Shown: positions 55,938 to 64,000 of the stretch, one piece after another
Position numbering within the stretch: the first letter of the stretch is position 1
Layout of the letters: the number at the start of each line of letters is the position of its first letter
Source of the DNA: the human T2T-CHM13v2.0 reference genome, Homo sapiens
Strand: one strand, 5' to 3'
Assembly: GCF_009914755.1 (NCBI RefSeq)
Contig: NC_060932.1
DNA: 64,000 bases
The notes under the pieces: generated by a model
Database searches by the model: none
Seen by the model: the letters and a program-made list of their open reading frames with translations, nothing else
Told to the model about the DNA's origin: nothing
Position numbers and translations under genes: made by a program

Positions 55938-56053
55938 TTTTTTTTTCTCTCTGCATGGATAGGTTTATTGATGGATAAGAATTCGGGAGAGGGAGGCTGT
56001 GTGTATTAGGAATTTGGCCATTTCACTGGGAGACCCTCAATTGTTAATAAGCC
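55938..56053 (-). other. L1-mediated 3' transduction (107 bp non-L1 DNA plus second poly(A))
   Basis: Lies between the L1PA tail (T10, 56054-56063) and a second T9 (55938-55946); tttatt at 55964-55969 is AATAAA on minus, 17 nt before the second tail. Confidence 0.8.
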
Positions 56054-58191
<2,138 letters not shown>

Positions 58192-58707
58192 TCAGTTATT
58201 GTGAATAATGCAGCAATGAACATGGGAGTATAGATGTAGCTTCAAATCCTGATTTTAAGTCTTTAAAATTGATACCCAGAAGAGGGATTGCTGGATAATA
58301 TAGTATGCCTATTTTTAAGTTTTTGAAGACTCTCCATTCTGTTTTCCAGAGCAGCTACTCTATTTTACATTCCCACCAACAAAATACATTGTTTTGAATT
58401 TCTCCACATATCCTACAACATTTGTTATCTTTTTTTAAATAGTTGTCATCCTAAAATACATGATGTTATATCTCATTGTGGTTTTGAGTTAAAGAATGGG
58501 TAGGAAATTCTATATCCATGGATTAGAAGACTTAATGTTAAAATGTCCATACTACCTAAAGCAAAAAATTCAAGGCAATCCCTATCAAAATCTCAATGGA
58601 ATTTTCTACAAAAATAGAAAAAAAGTCCTAAGATTTGTATGAAACCAAAAGGATTCCAAACAGCCAAAAGAATCTTGAGAAAAAAAAAAAAGTAAATCTG
58701 GAGGCAA

Positions 58708-58830
58708 GGATACTTTCTTAACCACACACTGTTTTATCAAAATCCATTCATTTAATTGTACTTTGATTGGATATTTTACCCATGCATTTTGTAACTAGTC
58801 ATTTGCAAGATATTGGTTTGCGATGATGAA
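58708..58830. mobile_element. hAT-Charlie DNA transposon, right part (continuation of 54735-55160)
   Basis: aaaatccattcatttaattgtactttgattggatattttacccatgcattttgtaactagtcatttgcaagatattgg continues the same recalled consensus. Confidence 0.6.
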
Positions 58831-60759
58831 GAATAAAATAGTTACTATTATGGAATTGTGCCAATGCCTTGATTTATGCTGGGCAATCCCCTTTCTCCTG
58901 CCCCATTGCTTTTATATCATCAAAAACACTAATCTAGGAGATTTAATGATTCCTGTGTGCTCCAGTAGAGACATAAAAACAGTGAAGAGAAAGGGTTTTC
59001 AGAAGAGAAAAGTGGCAAAAAATAGGCTTCATGACTTGAGACTGGACTTCATCAGTGTGTGCCAGCCTGGTGTACAAATGAGCAGGTGGTCCCAGGAACA
59101 TTTTAGTAGCTATCAGTGAAGGAATTTCAGAGATCAGATAAGATAAGCTAAACCTCTGAATAAAGCACCTAAGAACCAGAAATCTTCTTCCTTTGCCAGG
59201 ATGAAATTTATACTTGCTGAAAATTTAAATATCTGCCAGACAGATGGGCAGGAGAAGAGGGAAGATAAGAATCAATAAATGAGCAGAAATTCAAAATTGG
59301 CTGAGATAATAAAATTGGCTGAGATAAAGACACATAAAAGATGGCTTCAAATCTAAGAAGGAATTTAGTTATTTTAAATGCTCATACTTAGGGTTGGGTG
59401 ATTTTTTTATTGTTTATTTGTTGTTTGTTTGCTGTTGTTTGTTTCATCCTCTGGGTATAAATATTAGCTCAAGAGATAAAATCAGTTTTTGAAAATAGCC
59501 AAACAATTGTTGTTTATTACAATTGACAGAATAAATATAGCCAACCCCTCTTACACATACAGCATAAGAAAAATAAGAGAGCTAGAAAGAGTATGACATG
59601 TGCATGAACTGGCTTAGAACAAAAGTTTTGGTGAGTAAATTTGTGTAAATAGTACGTCCTGTCTACATAGACTGCTCAAGACAGGCCAAATCTGCAAGAT
59701 AAAACTCTAATACAAAATATCTACTTTTAATAATACAGACATAAAATAATTTTTGGTATCTCTATAAAAAATAGGAACTCACTTTTCCCAATATCTGTGT
59801 TTCCACCCCAATAATTTATTGACTTGGAAACTAGGAACAAAACATATGTCAATAAGAAGATTTGCTAATATGGTAATTTTTTTGAATACAACTTTAAAAA
59901 TTTTAAGAACAAATTCTTTTATCCTCAAATAAAGCTTCTCTGTAACTTGCTTTTCAGCTATCTATAATAAAAATTACTTTCCTTTACAAAAATTTTTATT
60001 TCATTTAACATATTCTTTCCTCAATCCGATTCCTTTTGATGTAAAAAATTCCAATCTATTATATCTAAAACACCACGTGCCAAAAATGAAAGTTTTGTGT
60101 ATACACTAACCTTTAAACACACACATACTTATATCTATATACATATCAATATCTATATCTATCTAAGCTTAGACTATAAGAAAATCTCAAATTCAACTGC
60201 TAATAATTATTAATTCAATTTATTATTATTGTAGTTTATTAAAATTTCTTTTAATTCTCCTAATTTATATCCTAGATGTACAAAAATGGAATGAGAGGAA
60301 GTAGGTCCAGTTATTGCTTTAATTGATTTTGGAGTCATCTCCAGAATATATGTATATTATAACTGCCTTTGAACATGAATGTAAAATTTAATTAAGACTC
60401 AACATGTACTCAGTAAGTGATATGGAATATTTTAAACTCCTTGTCCAAAGAGTAACACATCTCAGAAATATTTAAGCCATTCAGAAGCTTCTGTGAAAAA
60501 GTAGCAAATTACCTTTATAAATATAAATTAAAACGATATATACAAAGATATATACTTTGCTAAGTATTATGAAACAATCATAAGCTTGTAGAAACTTGAA
60601 GAATCTCTAACCAGAGATTACAGTAATACCACAAGTGCAAAACTACTAAGATAAAAAAATCTGAGATTTACTAAAGGAAAGATAAAGTTGGAAGCAAGAT
60701 ACTCAGGATGTAAATTGAGAAGATTTCAGTATACTATAACAAGAAGTAGAATTCATTGC

Positions 60760-60988
60760 AAGGTTTGAAACAGCAGTGTCACTTTGACAGTTGGGTTTAG
60801 AATCATTCTGAGGCAGCATTGCAAATAATGGATTGGAAGGAATGAAGGCTAATGAAAAAGACATAATTTAGGAAGTTATTGAAACATTTCTCATAAGAAG
60901 CAAGGAAACTCAGACAAAAGCAGTGGGAACTAAAGGAAGAGGATGTATTTAAGTGTATTTGGAGGAAGAATTAATATGTCTTAGTCAT
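60760..60988 (-). mobile_element. L2 LINE fragment
   Basis: gtttagaatcattctgaggcagc...aatggattggaagg...ttaggaagttattg...gcagtggg...atttggaggaagaatt. Confidence 0.6.
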
Positions 60989-60990
60989 TA

Positions 60991-61740
60991 CCATATTTCA
61001 CCAATTTGAAGATGTGTGTATTTTATATTTTAAAATCTTTTAACTCTAACAATATCTTCCAAACAGTGTCTTATAATCACTAAAGGACAGGTGGCTATCA
61101 TGACATAATTATATTAAAATATAATTTCCAAAAAAGGAAAATTCATAATTCACATGCAAATATAAAATTAACACATGATTAAGATTTCTGCAATTCATAA
61201 ATTAATAAATAAAGCAGTAAGATGTTAAAATCACTTCAACAAGGAATTTGAAGAAGAAACATATATATTTAAGCAATCTGGAATGCTAAAATGAGTGTAC
61301 TAATAGATGTAAAACTGGTAAATATCTTATAAGACAATAAAGTATAATGGGTGGACTCATTTTTATCACTAGGTGGAAATTTATCTCTACCAGAAAAAAT
61401 AATGTTTGTTTTTATGGATAAATTTGTGTCCTTTGTTGTCTTTTTAACTTCTACCTCAGTATCATTCTGGAAGAGCCTAGGTAATATAAAGACAAACACA
61501 TGTGTACACCTTCATAGAATCAACTAATCTGCAGAAAGTCTAATAGGTAACTCTCAGCCCTGCACTGGAAATGATACCTAATAATCACTTTTGGCATTTC
61601 TAAGTCTGGACAATTTTCCCCGACAGGTGTCATTGCCTGGAGCATGCTAAAATATGAAAATCACCAACACCAAAACGTGTTATTAAGATATGTCAGAGTC
61701 TTGCAACAAGATCCCAGACACCAAAGTAGAATATTCCAAT
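60991..61740 (+). mobile_element. Possible TcMar-Tc2 (Kanga1/MER104-like) DNA transposon in two pieces
   Basis: TA|ccatatttcaccaatttgaagatg...gtgtcttataatcact...caggtggctatcatgacataatt (to 61110), then tgtcattgcctg...gatcccagacac (from 61628); recalled similarity only. Confidence 0.4.
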
Positions 61741-61837
61741 AATCAGTAGGAATCAATTGGTTACTTGAGAAGAAGATTAATCAGATGTGTTAGCAGCATT
61801 TCTGAACTTCAGCTAGTGACTGAAAAGCTGACTTCAA

Positions 61838-62164
61838 AACTCAACAGCACCATCAATTGATTGGATACAAATGATAGCTACACTTCATTCCAGAACACCG
61901 ATCATACGATCTTCTCAAACACACATGGGACACTCACCAAAATAGATCACACTCTGTGCCACAAAACATACCTTAATAAGTTCAAAAGAATAGAAATCAT
62001 ACAATGTTTTCTCTCAGACCAAAAAGAAATTAAACCAGAAATCAATAACAGAAACATAGATTGAAAAACCCCAAATATTTGGAGATTAAAAACCACACTT
62101 TTAAATAAAACATAGGTCAAAATCAAGACAAATTTTTAAAATATTTTAATGTAAGTGAAAACGA
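61838..62164 (+). mobile_element. Old L1M ORF2 endonuclease-region fragment
   Basis: Peptide TIFSNTHGTLTKIDHTLCHKTYLNKFKRIEIIQCFLSDQKEIK resembles the L1 EN C-terminus (IDH and SDH motifs). Confidence 0.85.
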
Positions 62165-64000
62165 TGAATCCACAGCCAACATCATACTTACTGGGCAAAA
62201 GCTGGAAGCATTCCTCTTTAAAACCAGAACAAGAAAAGGACACTCTCTATCACCACTCCTATTCAACATAGTGTTAGAAATCCTGGCCAGAGCAATCAGG
62301 CCATAGGGGAAAAAAAAAAAAATCCAAATAGGAAGAGAGTAAGTAAAACTACTTCTGTTTTCAGACAACATGATTCCATATATAGAAAACCCCATGGTAT
62401 CTACCCAAAAGCTCTTTGATCTGAGAAACAACTTAGGCCAAGTTTCAGGCTATAAAATCAATGTACAAAAATCTTCAGTATTTCTGTACACCAGCAGCCT
62501 CCAAGCTGAGAGCCAAATCAGGAATGTAGTCCCATTCACAATTGCCACAGAAAGAATAAAATACCTAGGAATAGAGCTAACTAGGGAGGAGAAAGGCCTC
62601 TACAGGAAGAATTATGAAACACTGCTCAAAGAAATCAGAGATAACAGAAAAAAGCATTTCATGATCGTGAATAGGAAGAATCAATATCATTAAAATGGTC
62701 ATACTGTCCAAAGCAATTTACAGATTTAATGCTATTCCTGTCAAACTACTAATGACACTCTTCACAGAGCTAGAAATAACTATTTTAAAATTCATTTGGA
62801 ACAAAAGAGGAGCCTGAATAGCCAAGGCAATCCTAAACAAAAAGAACAAAACTGGAAGCATCATGTTATCTGACTTCAAAATATATTATAAAGCTACAGT
62901 AACCAAAACAGGATGGTATGATACAAAAACAGACACATAGACCAATGGAACAGAATAGAGAGCCCAGAAGTAAAGCAGCACACCTACAACTATCTAATCT
63001 TTAACAAAGCTGACAAAAGCGATGAGGAAAGGACTCCTTATTCAATAAATGGTTCTGGAATAACTGGCTAACCATATGCAGAAGATTGAAACTGGACCCT
63101 TCTTACACCACATAAAAAAATCAAGACTTAAATGTAAAACCTAAAACTGTAAAATCTCTGTAAGATAACCTAGGAAATACCACTCTGTATATAGGACCTG
63201 GCAAAGATTTCATGATTAAGATGCCAAAAGCAACTGCAACAAAAGCAAAAATTGACAAATAGGAGCTAATTAAACCAAAGAGCATCTCCACAGCAAAAGA
63301 AACTTTCAGCACAGTGAACAGACAACCTACAGAATGAAGAGAAAATACTTGCAAACTATGCGTCCAACAAAAGTCTAATATCAAGATTATTTAAGGAACT
63401 TACACAAATTTACAAGAGAAAAACAACCCCATTACAAGTGAGCAAAAGACATGAACAGACATTTTTTTAAAGAGACGTACATGAGACCAGCAAGCATATG
63501 GAAAAATGCTCACATTGCTAATCATTAGAAAAATGCAAACCAAAACCACAATGAGATACCATCTAATACCAGTCAAAATGATTATTATTAAAAAGTCAAA
63601 AAACAACAGATGCTGGCAAGGTTGCAGAGAAAAGGGAACGCTTATACGCTGCTGATGAGAGCATAAATTAGTTCTGCCATTGTGGAGAGTAGTGTGGTGA
63701 TTCCTCAAAAAACTTAAAACAGAATTTCCATTCAACCTAGTAATCCCATTATTTGGTATATACCCAAAAGAATATAAATCATTCTACCAAAAAGACACAT
63801 GCATGCATATGTTCATCATAACGCTATTCACAATAAAGACATATAATCAATCTAAATCCTGTTCATCGGTAGACTGGATAAAGAAAATGTGGCACATTTA
63901 CAACTATGGAATACTACACAACCATAAAAATGAAAAATATCATGTTCTTTGCAGCAGCATGGATGAAGCTGGAGGCCATTATCCTAAGCAAACTAACACA
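62165..64000 (+). mobile_element. Older L1PA, 5'-truncated, running off the window end
   Basis: cacagccaacatcatac...gggcaaaagctggaagcattcc; peptide [11 protein letters not shown]...IKYLGIEL; frameshifts and stops; ends at tggatgaagctggaggccattatcctaagcaaactaacaca. Confidence 0.94.

Overview
AT-rich, CpG-depleted primate (human-like) genomic DNA with Alu, L1, L2, MIR, LTR and DNA-transposon fossils. I see no host protein-coding gene, RNA gene or CpG island. The only long ORF (623 aa, 56266-58137, minus) is the C-terminal half of LINE-1 ORF2p in a 5'-truncated L1PA. Bases ~3.8-15 kb contain almost no repeats I can recognise and hold enhancer-like and exon-like signals; the rest is repeat-dense. 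The best-supported unusual structures are retrotransposition and repair scars. (1) A nested cluster at 54.7-58.8 kb: a hAT-Charlie element split by a 5'-inverted L1MA, itself split by an Alu and by an L1PA carrying a 107-bp 3' transduction with its own AATAAA and poly(A). (2) A 44-bp TSD-flanked, poly(A)-tailed micro-retrocopy at ~40.25 kb. (3) Several short template-switch inversions or duplications inside old repeats. I cannot support a new gene-level biological system here. Repeat subfamily names come from recalled consensus sequences and the boundaries of old repeats are approximate; both need RepeatMasker/Dfam confirmation.
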